The position numbers and the translations under genes were made by a program. From Hormiphora californensis (taxonomy: Eukaryota; Animalia; Ctenophora): DNA of 64,000 bases. This document shows, piece after piece, positions 1-12,632 of the stretch. The DNA is taken from NCBI GenBank assembly GCA_020137815.1, contig CM035362.1, forward strand, positions 2,480,001 to 2,544,000, given 5' to 3'. Within the stretch, counting starts at the first letter, position 1. Each line of letters starts with the position of its first letter. The notes beneath the pieces were generated by a model. That model was not told the DNA's origin and made no database searches. It saw nothing but the letters and a program-made list of their open reading frames with translations.

Positions 1-106
1 TCTCTCCCTCTCTATCTATCTATCTCTCTCCTCCCCCTCTCTCTTCCCCTCTCCCCTCCCCTCTTTCTCTCCCATCACCCTCACCTCAGTGACACCTCAC
101 CCTCTC

Positions 107-637
107 CCTCCAGGCATGTTTGGGGATCTACTCTATCTCCCTCCCCTCTCCCCTCTCTTCCCCTCACCCTCTCCTTTCTCTCTCCAGGCATGTTTGGGGA
201 TCTACCAGCCAGTACAGGATCACACAGAGAGCTCATCCCCCTCTCTCTCTCTCCCTCTATCTATCTATCTCTCTCCTCACCCCTCACCCTCACCCTCTCC
301 TTTCTCTCTCCAGGCATGTTTGGGGATCTACCAGCCAGTACAGGATCACACAGAGAGCTCATCCCCCTCTCTCTCCCTCTTTCTCTCCCATCACCCTCAC
401 CCCTCACCCTCTTTCTCTCCCATCACCCTCTCCTCTCTCTCTCTCCAGGCATGTTTGGGGATCTACCAGCCAGTACAGGATCACACAGAGAGCTCATCCC
501 CCTCTCTCTCCCTCTTTCTCTCCCATCACCCTCACCCCTCACCCTCTTTCTCTCCCATCACCCTCTCCTCTCTCTCTCTCCAGGCATGTTTGGGGATCTA
601 CCAGCCAGTACAGGATCACACAGAGAGCTCATCCCCC
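107..637 (+). repeat. Tandem array of a 3' splice site plus exon start (5 copies)
   Basis: CT-tract + CCAG|GCATGTTTGGGGATCTA..., with the AG ending at 113 (truncated copy), 187, 313, 448 and 583. Confidence 0.95.
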
Positions 638-3600
638 TGATTGAGAAGCTGATTGAACTGCTGAAGTCTGGCGGTGGTAGGAATACCCTCCTAACCGCAA
701 TTACAGGTAAACATATATATGACCATATTTGGTCATACAATTGTAAGACCATATGTGGGCAGGAAGTAACTGGTAATACTCCAACTACAGGTGGTACAAA
801 GACAACTCTGACAAGCACGGAGAGAGCGGTACGGCAGCCGGCATTCCTTGCGCCAGCTGTAGCCCCAGCACCTTCCAAAATCCGGCTGGTTCTACCCGGA
901 ATTCCAGAGGAAGAAGAAGAGGAGGAGGATAATAAGGGTAAGTGGTAGAACAGTACCACATACCTAATTACAGCCAGGAAAACAGACGTTTTTTGTCAAG
1001 TTAATCGATTTCCTAACTCCTAATTCCATCACAATTCATTAGTTGGATCTGGTGGGCTGTACAACGTTCCCGGGGGAGACTTGATAACTCAACTTCATAC
1101 TGACTCTGGGGAGCTCTTAGATCTGACCTACAAACAAGGGAAACTGTACGATCAGAATGATAACGTGGTTACAAACCTCTTCAAGGTAGATGTTACCATG
1201 GTAACCACTGGTTGGTTAACCTAACATCATCAGGGGTTTCATTGCGGTTATCATTAAACCCCTTCTTTCACAGCATGGTGACATTGTTTATGGAGCTGAC
1301 GGTAAACTCTACGACAAGGATGGCAATGTTATCACCTTGTTATACAGACCTGATGGTTCCTCCTATCCCATCAATTACGAGAAAAAGAAGAAGAAGAAAA
1401 AGTTGAAGAAACAACCAACTCGTGTCAAGGTTACCCTATCTGAGACGGATCCTAAAAAACTTGCAATGAGGCAGATGTTGGAGAAACATACACTTGAAAC
1501 AGTGGCTCTGGAGGACGAGCTAAATAGGAAGAAAATCGAAATGGTCAACCGAATTATCAGTGAGTTTTATTGCTCCTTCATAAAGATGAATATGTTCCGT
1601 TGTGCTCCTTTATAAAGATGAATATGTTTAGTTGTGCTCCTTCATAAAGATGAATATGTTTAGTTGTGCTCCTTCATAAAGATGAATATGTTCCGTTGTG
1701 CTCCTTCATAAAGATGAATATGTTCCGTTGTGCTCCTTCATAAAGATGAATATGTTCCGTTGTGCTCCTTCATAAACACAATTAAACAGGTGATGCGGAG
1801 AGTAAGAAGAGAGCATTGAAGAAAGATATACAGGGACAGCTGCGTGTGGCTCTACAGAATGCCTCAGATACCGACGATAAGAATGCTATCGTCATGAGGT
1901 AAGTCATGAGTCGCAGATCAAAAAAAGTCAAAGCTTCACAGCTACCAGGTTGGGCCAGACCCAGAAAGGAACCCGTCAGTATGATAAATGTATGGTTAAC
2001 TGTTGACTAAGAAACACATAACCCCTGCAGGTACGCCGAGATGTTGGATAGAAAGACGGGTGAGATAGAGGAAGAGAAGAAGAAGGCCTTGAAGGATATG
2101 ATGGAGAAACTTGCTGATGAGATTGTGGAAAAGAAGACAGCATTAAGGAAGAAACAACTTGCTGAGGTATAGTAATTAGTAGTTGATTTAGATTTTCAAT
2201 GCAGTTATAAGTTGCATTTTGAAGGATAGGAGACTGATATAATAGATGATGATTGATTTTATATTTGTTTTAACGTACTTCCTCTTTAGATTGACGCGGC
2301 GGGTCTGACAGAGGAGGTTGATGCAGCTCTACCCCATCTCAGACACAACATTGTCCCTAACAGATCCAAAATAGCAGAGGACCTGGAGAAATTAGCAAAG
2401 CAACAGGTATGATAAAGAGATCACGGCGGTCTGATTCCCTCCGAACCCGCTCATCTTCTTCCCTCCCAGCATGAGCTCTCCCAGCTGTATTACTAATCAC
2501 CCTTATTACAGGAGATCCTGGCAGCTGAGATGAAGAAGTACCTGGCGGAGGATCAAGCCAGAGCTGAGATGAGCATGGATAGTGATATGAAAAGGGAGCT
2601 GGATAGAGAGATGGAGGAGAGGTGCAGGAGAATAACTTCTCTAGGTGAGAATTATTATGATTATTATAGGAGCTTCAACAACAGTCGATGTTAACACAAT
2701 CCCACGGTAACCACATGTTAACAACAGTCGATGTTAACACAATCCCACGGTAACCACATGTTAACTCCCTGATGTTCTATGACAGGCTCCAAGACGGCTG
2801 ATGTAACGGAGAAAGTCAGGGAGATGGCGACTAGTTCAACCCAGACACGTAACACGGGCAAGATGAGAGATAACATGAGAGAGAGGATGAAGAGAAAGAA
2901 AGAGGAACGAAGGTAATAATTCGAACTGAAAACATGCACCTAAAGTAAACCAACTGTGTTGCTTTTTCGATTTTTGAGTGATTGAACCTTATAAATTTCC
3001 CTATAGGAGGAAGAGTGCAGTTCCTACGGAAGATCATCTGATACAAACTGATCCCGAAGAGGGAGAGGAAGGGGCGTATAGAACTGATATACCTGGCAAC
3101 CTGCATATTGCAGATGATCTCAAACAAGATGTGAGTTTATCCACAGACTACAACCTCCACATCCTCTCCAAGTGTCCCTTGACCCAGCCTTCTGTATGTC
3201 TCCCTTCCTTTATAATAGTCCACGCCCTTGACCCACGTCCCACGCCTCTATCTCCCCTCCAAAAAACTCTCCATCTTTCCAAGCATCCCAAACCACACCC
3301 TTCACCCCTCTCCCTCCCTCTCTCCCTCAGATTCAGCTGGATGCGGATCTCCATGATGCCACGCTGGCCATCCTCTCTGTGGTGGAGGAACATGCCCGAA
3401 ACCAGGAGGAGGGAGACACCGTCAACCAGCTAGAGAGGGTCTTCAGAGACCAACTGAAGGGGGAAACAGATGAACTGATTGCTGCTTACTCTGCTAGTGT
3501 CACTGAGGTAGGATATTTCGAGAATCATGTTCATATCTTTTGTTTGGATCACGCACTGCAGATTGTTCACTGTTTAGAATCATGTTGCTAGGCAGATTGT

Positions 3601-6600
3601 TGTTCACTGTTTAGAGTCATGTAGCTAGGCAACCGGCCAACCGGCCAACAGGAACAACTTGAGTTGCTATAACAACGTCACTCCCTCATCTAGGCAAGAA
3701 GCAGGCTGTCTCATGAGAAGGATCGTGCTCACAGCAACTTAGAAAGTAGGCTCGCTGCTAGGAAGAAGCTGAGAGAGGAAATGACGACACGGTCTGTCAA
3801 GGATGATACTGTTAATGAAAATGGACTTGGAAAGGTACTGCAGTAAAATTCGCCCTTCCGTATCATACTTGCTCCTAATTCCCTCTCGCCCAGCTCCCCG
3901 TATCAGACCTTGCATCCACATTCCACGTTAGACCTTGTACAATGTTTTGAATTTCAAAGCTCAAGTTCAAATAGTTATACAGCAGCTCATTAAATTAAAC
4001 ACCTCCCCTCCTTTCACAGCTCGGCCTATCAGAAAGTGAAGTTCAACACGAGGTAGATACCCTCACGGACAAAATATCCAGTAAACTAGATCTTGCTAAA
4101 TCACAGGGTGATCTGGTTAGGAGCCTTGATGACAAGAGATCAGCTGTCATTGACCGACTCAACAAGGTATATTTAGCTTAAGAAATGGGTTGGAGTTGGG
4201 GAGTGGGAATCGTTATTAGGGGTGGGAGTTAGATGGCTGGGGTGAGGTCTTGAACCACTATATAATATACTAGCGCACCCACGCATCTCCAAATTATAAT
4301 AGAGATATGCCTCCTAACACCTATTCCCCTCTCAGGAAGAGGAGACTCAGAGAGATGCTGATGAAAAAGAGGAATCTCTCCGATCTGTACGACTTGCTGA
4401 GACCCTAACTTCTAAAGTTGACTCCTCCCTGTCTGCTAAGGAGGCGGAGTTTATCAAAGAGCTCAAGGAACGAGAGCACCAAATGGAGGAAAATGAGAAA
4501 GAAAGATTGATGAAGGAGCACGCGAGGTGAAATGGCAAAATTGAAGGAAACTCTGACTGCTCAAAAAGACAAACAAGTGTCAAGTATGAAGGCACGACTT
4601 GAAGAGCGACGAAGGCTCAAGGAGATGAAGATGCAGGAAAAGCGGGCTGCCGAACTGGAGAGAGTGAGAGTTGAAGGAGAGAAGGAGATCACCCTAGGCA
4701 GGAGGAGGGGGAGACCAAAGAGAAGGAGAAAGCAGGCGCTATCCACTCTGGTTCACGATATGTTGGATGTGGGAATGGATGGAAAGGCCCAGGCTATTAT
4801 CCACCACATGTTGACACAACGCCATCTCAAGGAACGAGTAATGTTGGATCGACAACAGAAATCTGAACTAGCAGCAGCTGTCCAGCAGGCTCGTTGTGAC
4901 GTCACGACATCACGTGACGTCACGCGTGATCAAATCCTCACGCGACAAGAGGAGGAAATAGCGTCACTACTCGAGGAGTCTGCTTCCCTTGCCCCGGAGA
5001 TCCTGGTGAAGAAACAGGAAGAGTTGAGGAAGAGACAGAACAGAGAACTTGAGGAGTTCGATGCAGAAACCCAGGAGGAGCTGGAAAATAGGGTGACTGA
5101 AGTGACTGCAGAACGGAAGGTTCAGTTTTCTGTCCAGACTCTAGAACTCAAAGAGAAACAACTAGTTGAGATGAGCCAGTACCTCAGGGAGCTGACCGGA
5201 CAAGAAGACAGCACGGCTGCTAAAGAGGCCGTTGAAATGGCCAGACAGGCCCAGGAGCAGCGTGCTGCAATCACAATGGAAACCGAACAGAAGATGGCGC
5301 TGCTGAAGGAGGAGAGACTGAAGAGGGAGGAGGAGATAAGGAAGAAGATGGCCGAGGAGGTATCTGTGTTAGAGAGAGAGCTAGAGGAGGAGGAGAAGAG
5401 ACATAAACAGAGGGAGGTAGAGGTTGAGAAACAACATGATCTGATGGCAAGGAGGAAGTTAACAGATCGGGAGAGAGAGTTGACTGGCGAGTTGAAGGAT
5501 GCAAGTGAGATGGAGAAAGAGGCGATACTTGCTAAATACAATGAGGATTGCAAGAAGATTTCCAGTCTGATGGGTAGTGAGAAGGAAAAGAGCAGGAATA
5601 AGTTGAAGGAACAGTTAGAGGCGAGGAGAAACAAACGGAAAGCTTCAACTCTGAAGAAACTGGAGGAGAAGGAATGTGAGGAGATGAGGGAATTAGATGT
5701 TCAGATCAGATCCACCAAATCCCAAGCTCTACTTGATGGTGCCCAAAGTATTGACAAAGTCTCTCAATCTACCTTCCTATCTGGTCCTGGTGCAGGAGGA
5801 TCACAAGATGAGGAGGGTGGGGATCAGGGAGAGGGAGGAGAGTTGGAGAGGATGTTCCACGGAACGGATCTTTTCAAACAACTCTGTAGTATTGAGGAGA
5901 TGTTAGGTGTTAAAGCCGGAAATGTCCTCAAAGTGTCTGGCGATGCTAAATCCAGACCTTATTTGGATATCAGGGATGCACAGTGGGCCAATAGTGGCAC
6001 TTTGAAACCAATTGATGCTACTAAACTGTCACCCAGCAACTTCGTGGTATACAGGTGATTATGATTTTCTCTTTTTCAATATTGTTTAGTACCTTACGTA
6101 TTACTACAACAAGTTGTGAGACTGTGAGATTATCAAGAAAGATCTTCAAGCCTCCTTTACTCTCATTACAACGTGATTCCCTTGATTCCCCCTTCTAACC
6201 GCAACTCCATGCGTTTCCAGGTTTGGTCTGTTCCTATCTCGGCTGCTGAAGAGTCGTTGTGGCTTCCCATCAGTCACTGTCCTACTAGCAGACTCACTCC
6301 CTCATAACACATACAGGAACAACGCTTACCGACACTCTTACTTCTACAAGGTATAGACCACGAGACCTGCTTCTCATATCAAGTTAAATTGTGTATAAAA
6401 CCTAACAGTAGGGTTTTTGTAAAATCCCGAGGACCTATCCCCGAATAATAGGAATTTTTGTCTCAAGGTTGATGAACAAGTCTTGTTTGTACGGAAAGAG
6501 AGGACGGATAGTGTGGGAGAGTTCTGCATTGTGGTGGCACACGCTCTAGCCCATATTCACACCGAAGGTATATGACAAGTGACAACTGACAAATGACATA

Positions 6601-8051
6601 ATAAACTTTTAAATCAAGTATAATGTACTCCTTCATAAAACTTTATTATAAAGTTTTATGAAGGAGCACATTATACAGTGTACTCCTTCATAAAACCTGC
6701 CATATATTAATATATCTCTCCCCCTGATAGATATGCGTGACGACAACAGTCCCTTCTTCCTACGACACTTTTATCGTGCTCTCCGGCTAATCTGTACTGA
6801 CATGTTCTTCGGCCGGACATCCCAGCAGACTGGCCCTGCTTTGGGTGGCGATGATGTTAATACTTGGGAGTATTGTCTCTCACTTGGAAGGTAAGGCATC
6901 GTGTGAATACTGTTTCAACTAAAAATAATCTCAAATCGAATTTCAGATCTCCCATTTTAGGTCGAACTTGTTTAAACAGGGTTATATATTAGAAACGCAT
7001 TCACCCCTATAACTATTTTCAGATCCAACTCTGAGAAGTGTGATGTGCTGGGTTCCCTTGTTAACCTCCGTGTAACTGAACCTACCTCTCTGAACTTCTC
7101 ACCCCACGAAATGGTGAACCGACTGGAACAAATCAAGGACTCCAGTGAGTGTTATAATTAATTTGTGTCTTTCGGTACCAACATTGGCAACACTTTATAG
7201 TTTATTAAAAAGTTTGAGTTTGTTTGTAGAGTTCGAAGTTTTGGTAGCAATAGCCACGAATTTGAACTGCCCATTTTCAAAACTCACATTTCGCAACCTT
7301 CTTTTTAAGACGTGATGCACGATCTGAGGTCCATGACTCTGGAGGATAATACTCCTTCATCAAACTATCTACAGAGGAGAGTTGAACAACTAAACGGTCT
7401 GTCCGAGGGGTCAGCTGATTTCAAGACTACTCGAAAGGTATGTGGTAATGACAACCAGGGGGGGGGGCTGGTTGTTCTGTGAGGGGTTTAGTTGTTATTT
7501 CTTTTAGATCACAGCTGGTCTTGATATTCTTTGCCATGCTACGCAGTCTGTCTATCGGCACTTAAGCTTACGCTCGCCCTTCGGGCTCGCGTAAGCTCGC
7601 ACCGGGCCTTCGGCCCGGTGTGAGAGCTGACAGACAAGGAACATGTCAAGATATTCTCTGACCAGAATCAGAAACTAAAATTACGGCCAATTCCCATGCA
7701 GGCGGCAACATATGACTCAATCATAAGAGGAGAGAAGGAGCAACTTGGACGGCAACTTGACGACCTTTCTGTGAGAACTCTAGAGAATGCCAAACGTGCC
7801 CGACAACTAGCACTCGATAAGGTACGTAATGATAATGAACAGATGGAAAACAAAACCAAATAAGAGAGGATATTTCCCCCTTTGTTTCTCATTTAATAGA
7901 CTAGCAAAACCGCACACATTTCCAGGCTATCCTGTCATTTGATGTGCAAGAATCCCGAATGGAAAGTCTGTTTGGGGAAAGAGATGAAATTACGAGCAGG
8001 ATTGATGCTCTCGACACAGAGCTACAAAAAAAGCAGCAGAAGAACGAATAA
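584..8051 (+). CDS. 3' portion of a large multi-exon coiled-coil protein with a globular C-terminal domain (5' end outside the window)
   Basis: About 20 phase-compatible GT-AG exons, e.g. 584-706, 791-937, ~1274-1559, ~4336-6054 and last exon 7926-8051 ending TAA. E/K/R-rich heptads are followed by YLDIRDAQW...VTVLLADSLPHNTYRNNAYRHSYFY...VLFVRKERTDSVGEFCIVVAHALAHIH. One apparent +1 indel lies at ~4528. Confidence 0.85.
1571..1776. repeat. Intronic 32-bp minisatellite (~6.4 copies)
   Basis: Unit TGCTCCTTCATAAAGATGAATATGTT(CC/TA)GTTG. Confidence 0.95.
6619..6696. repeat. 57-bp palindrome plus an adjacent third copy of the TACTCCTTCATAAAAC motif
   Basis: TATAATGTACTCCTTCATAAAACTTTA-TTA-TAAAGTTTTATGAAGGAGCACATTATA, then CAGTGTACTCCTTCATAAAAC. 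Confidence 0.85.
7531..7649 (+). mobile_element. 119-bp MITE with GC-rich internal hairpins
   Basis: 8-bp TSD GATATTCT (7523-7530 and 7650-7657). Termini TTGCCATG...CATGTCAA. An internally deleted inverted copy lies at ~54301-54385. Confidence 0.8.
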
Positions 8052-9059
8052 TATATTTAGTTTGAGACAATTTTTAGTTTGTATAGAGTTTACTATTTTC
8101 ATATCTGTATTTATTTAAGATTTTTATGTGATTTTGTATACCGAATCAGAGACCCATGACCCAAATCTTGTAAAATTACTCCGTGACCTAAGTAGTTTAG
8201 CATGATATAGAGTCAGAGACAATAAGCTGTTGAATTGTTATTCAGAAATGTAGATCAGATTGAACTGAAGATTCAGATTTCAGAAGTATCTTGACCGTGA
8301 CCAAACATGTTTTAGAATGTTTTGAACCTGCATTCTTAATATTATCATTGTTGTAGTATTTTAGTTGTGTTGATTTATATTATTATCAAGGTTTACTGAC
8401 CACAAAATTTAGACTGCTTTATTTTGAAATTGGATAGGTAAACGGTACGGGTTATGTAATTGTTATTACATTTGGAACAGCATTTACTATACATATTTGA
8501 TTGAATTATGCAAATAGCATTCATCAATGGCATACCACTTGCGCAGCGTTGTATTTGCGCGCGAGAAAACGCCGCGCGAAATAAATTTCATGAAATGCAA
8601 AATTTTGCATTTCGCAAAATAGTGAAAAGTTGGCATGCGCTGCAGACCCTAAGTGCGCACGTTTTCCACGGCTTGCTGCAGCGTGGGCCGTGGGCCAAAG
8701 TGAAAAGCGAGAAAACGTGTTTTGACTTTTGCCCCTTGACTTGATGATAACATCAAATAAAAATCTCACTGGAGGCGAAAAGGAGCCGCTTGGCAGTCGG
8801 CGCTCCTTTGTCAAGGACTCTTCAGTGAGTGTGTGTTTGAAGGACAGCTAATTTATTATTTATTTATTACCGAATCTGTGTGTATGTGTTTGTGATTGTC
8901 TGTTTGTCTGTGAATGTGTTTGTACGTGTGTTAGTATGTTTTTGTATTAACCGTTTTGTATTGACTGCTGATGTTGTGTTTTGCGTCTGTGACTTTGTGT
9001 ATTCTGTTTAATCTGTTTTTATGTTTGTCTGCTTGTTTTGTTAGTTCGTTACCTTGTTT

Positions 9060-9292
9060 TCTATAACCCCTTGTTCCTCGTATTTTGTGCATCTAATGCT
9101 ACTAGGATGTGTATCACTGTCTCTAAGTATTGTTTAAACCGCTTTAGGAAACCGCTGATGTGAACTGTATATTTTCACCTCTCAGCCTTGTATCACTTTA
9201 TTAGTGTATGGTGTAAGAGCGGGACGAAGTTATATATTAATTGTGTGACTTTGTGATAAATTGTGCGTAAACTTAAACTTAAACTTAAACTT
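9060..9292 (+). mobile_element. Probable 3' end of a non-LTR retroelement (L2/CR1-like tail)
   Basis: Ends in (TAAACT)4 after a T-rich, UTR-like stretch. No RT ORF seen; the 5' boundary is uncertain. Confidence 0.35.
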
Positions 9293-10131
9293 GCCTTTCA
9301 GTTTTCACTCCACCTGACCGGGCCCGGGGCTTTATCTGTGCTACAGACTGAAGGAGCGTGTATCTTGATTTGGCCAATGTAAAACGGTGACGGGTGATTA
9401 TGATAATACAAATTTAAAATCAGTGCCAAATGAAAACTGTAAAGTGTGATATTAAATTATGCAACTGTACGACCAATGGAGCAATTTACGTGCCTCATGT
9501 TAATCACCTCTCGCACTTCCAATTTAATTTGAAAACTTTTTAACACGTGCCTCCGGTTAACATTCTTTAAAATCGCACTATCATGATACCGAGGTGGAAC
9601 TTTCGAAACTGCAAATAACATATTGCTTTCTAACACTTTAGAAATACAAGTACATACATCATTGAAACAAATTGTCTGGAAAGGGGAAACCATTCATATT
9701 TCATTTCATCTAGCTTGTCCTCCAGTGCATCAATTTATCTCATAAACTTGATGTCGAAAATCAGGTCAGTATTTCTCAGTTTGGTGTAAGACTGCTAAAA
9801 ATGTGTTTTAGTTTTGGACAAAAATCAAAATACTGGGTAGATCCTTGAACATCAAAATATGGTTGTCAGTTGTCTCGTTCCGTAATAAGCGTTTGACTTG
9901 GGATTAGCCTTTCTGGAATTTAAGCAATGGATATTTGTGCAAGCGAAATGACGCAACAAGCGAAATGACGCAAACCTGCCAACTTTTCTCTCGCCGTGCG
10001 TGTTTGTGCTTATTGGTGAGAATCTGCTAGTCGCGTGTGCGGCGCTGAGAGAATCCTGAAGTAACACGCGCACCCCTTGTATATATTTTGCTATGCTTTA
10101 CATTCGCTTATAATTCCGACTTGTTATAGAT

Positions 10132-11514
10132 ATGTCTGATAGTGATCGACGCCAACTATGCCCGGGTTTGGAGTTCCTCAATATCCCTGTGTTGGACACC
10201 TTTAAGCTGTACCTCCAATCAACTGATGAAATGAATGTCTCTCCACTTGTACTAGCTCAAGCAAGTCCGGAGTTATTTCGCGTGATGAAGACACTAAAAA
10301 AAGAGGAAGCTGGTTTGGACCTTTCGGACTACCAAGATGAGGCAGTTCGATCAATGGTCAAAGCACTGTACTCAGGGAAGGAACCAGATATAACTTTTGA
10401 TTACTTTCGAGATATCCTAAAGTTAACGATACACTGGAAAATCGAATGGGCTACTGATATGTGTTACAGTTGGTTCCGTAAGCATGTCAATTCCATGGCA
10501 GATGTCCTTCAAGCCGGGCCTTTACTAAAAGAAGCGTGTTTTGTCTGGGAACAGTTTTCCAACATGGATCCGATTAATTTTCTAACTCGGCACATTTGTT
10601 ACGATCTTGAAGGCAGGTTGACGTTGACCGATATGCTTTGTGAGAGGTATCGGAGTCTATCGAAAATTGAACTAAAGATTTTGCTGGTGTGTTCGCGGTG
10701 TGATTGTGATCATAACGGATGTGCTCTTCTTCAATCTCTTTTTTCGAAATTGAATTCAGAAATCACAGCAGGTGGATTTGCCCTGTGTAGCAACGGAAAG
10801 TATCTACTCGAAAACTCATGTCTGGATTCCCTGCCACCAGAGAAAATGGGCATTTTTTACAGACGTCTTGGATCGCTCCTCGATAATCATAGGCTTCTGA
10901 ATCAAGATGACCTTCTCTGGTTACTAGATTTCAGGAAACATTGTCTTGGGGAAAATGATCACTCCTGCAAATTTGACTACTCTAAGTTCCACAATTTTGG
11001 TCAAAGTGTTTCTGAAGAGGACAAGTTTGAATGGTTTCTCGGCAACAATGATCAATTCTCAGTCCTGTCACATTTCCTATTTAATTTGTATGCTCGTGTT
11101 GATTTGGTGAAGGTACAAGATCCAGTTAAACGTATTGTGGCAATAAAGAAGGCACGAAGCTGGAATGGTGTACCATCATCGGTGTTCCCAATGTTCCACA
11201 ACCTTGTGGGCTCTCAGGAGTTGTTTAGTGAGGAAGGCTGGCAGAAATTTAGCAACGGAAACTCACCAGTAGTGTATTTTACAGATAAAACATGGCCAAC
11301 ATGCTGGAGAGACGACTTTGGCTGCTCATTCGAAGTAGCGGATGTTAAGTTCAAAAAAGTTGGTCGCCATGGAATTGCTACAAAAGGAACTCTTCGGCTG
11401 GACACATTAGGATTAGGAGGGCATTTTCACGAGAAGCGCTATAAAAATAGACATATTTTGTTTGAAAGACTGCAAGGTAGTGATCATTTTTCTGTTTGGA
11501 TTGAAAACATCTAA
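10132..11514 (+). CDS. Intronless 460-aa protein with an N-terminal BTB/POZ-like domain
   Basis: VSPLVLAQASPELFRVM...LDLSDYQDEAVRSMVKALYSG...ITFDYFRDILKLTIHWKIEW follows the BTB pattern. The C-terminal region is not recognised. Confidence 0.75.
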   Translation: MSDSDRRQLCPGLEFLNIPVLDTFKLYLQSTDEMNVSPLVLAQASPELFRVMKTLKKEEAGLDLSDYQDEAVRSMVKALYSGKEPDITFDYFRDILKLTIHWKIEWATDMCYSWFRKHVNSMADVLQAGPLLKEACFVWEQFSNMDPINFLTRHICYDLEGRLTLTDMLCERYRSLSKIELKILLVCSRCDCDHNGCALLQSLFSKLNSEITAGGFALCSNGKYLLENSCLDSLPPEKMGIFYRRLGSLLDNHRLLNQDDLLWLLDFRKHCLGENDHSCKFDYSKFHNFGQSVSEEDKFEWFLGNNDQFSVLSHFLFNLYARVDLVKVQDPVKRIVAIKKARSWNGVPSSVFPMFHNLVGSQELFSEEGWQKFSNGNSPVVYFTDKTWPTCWRDDFGCSFEVADVKFKKVGRHGIATKGTLRLDTLGLGGHFHEKRYKNRHILFERLQGSDHFSVWIENI

Positions 11515-11613
11515 ATGAAGGGTACATGTCTAGAGGTAGCGTAGAAATCATGTCTATTAGATCATGTCTCAACTTTGTTTGACAAAACTGAACCTGCGTG
11601 CTATCGAGATTGG

Positions 11614-11681
11614 TAGCACACACTCGTGATTGGGTGAGACAGACAGTATCGGTGCAAGTCACCGGGGTCAAGCAAGGGACC
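11614..11681 (+). repeat. 68-bp dispersed repeat, copy 1
   Basis: Near-identical to 61023-61090 (TAGCACACACTCGTGATTGGGTGAGACAGACAGT...CAAGCAAGGGACC). Confidence 0.8.
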
Positions 11682-12632
11682 GTATTGAGTGCTATTATCG
11701 TTGCTTGTCACATCCAATAGTCGGACTAACACATGGATTGAGAAATAGTCGCGCTGACGTCGAAAAACACAGACGGACGAAACTAGCTGGGAGTTTTCGT
11801 TGTAACATACACACTTTACAGTTTGCATGCACTTTTTTGTTGCCCAGCTCTAATACAAATATAATGGACTTTTGATTCGCCCATTATCTGATCTAGTTTG
11901 GACGTTTGTTCGTAATGCATATGTTTTGTTTTTTTTAAAACAATGTCTAATCTCTGTTGTGGTTTTTATTTTATCAATAGAAGACAGAAGTTTTTGCATT
12001 TCTCTGTGGTCGTGCTCTGTCTTCGGCTAACGTTGCCACACACTGTACGCTATGATGGAGCATAACGGTTCAGGTTTGATGAGTATTTATAATTAAGTGT
12101 TGGAAACACGTTTATCTCTTTAACGGTTAACCGTCATATATATTGGCTAGCTGCATAAATGATCAAGTGTCAGCTTAAAATGTTTTCTTTTTTATGCGTG
12201 TTGGATGTAGTGAGCGGTCTTGTAATCTTGTAATCTTGTTATCTTATTCGTGTACAAACTACACAGGTGTCAGTTCCTTACAGAGCCTCGCCCTCCCTGG
12301 AAAATATCCGTATCCAGTCCAAACTCCAAGATTGAATTGTTGTTTTGTTTTGGGTATCCGAGAACCGGTGGGCGATCCGGAAGTCTCTTCATCCATTCCC
12401 CTAGTAGTACGCTTTTTGACTTTAGATTAACCTTTTTGGAATGAAAAAATCACGGCCCGGTGTCCTGTCAGCCTCTTATCTCTTATCTCTTTTGGATATT
12501 TATTATTAATGTAGATTGCTAATCAACTAGATGGGTACGGGTAACACTTAGAGCGGCTGTCGGTATTGCAGTTGATAGTGTGAGACGAATCTGAAAAAAG
12601 AAGAAGCAGGTTGGAAAGATGTTTTGCATATA

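Noticed and set aside
7531-7649. Hammerhead ribozyme
   Set aside because: No correctly arranged CUGANGA and GAAA core was found on either strand.
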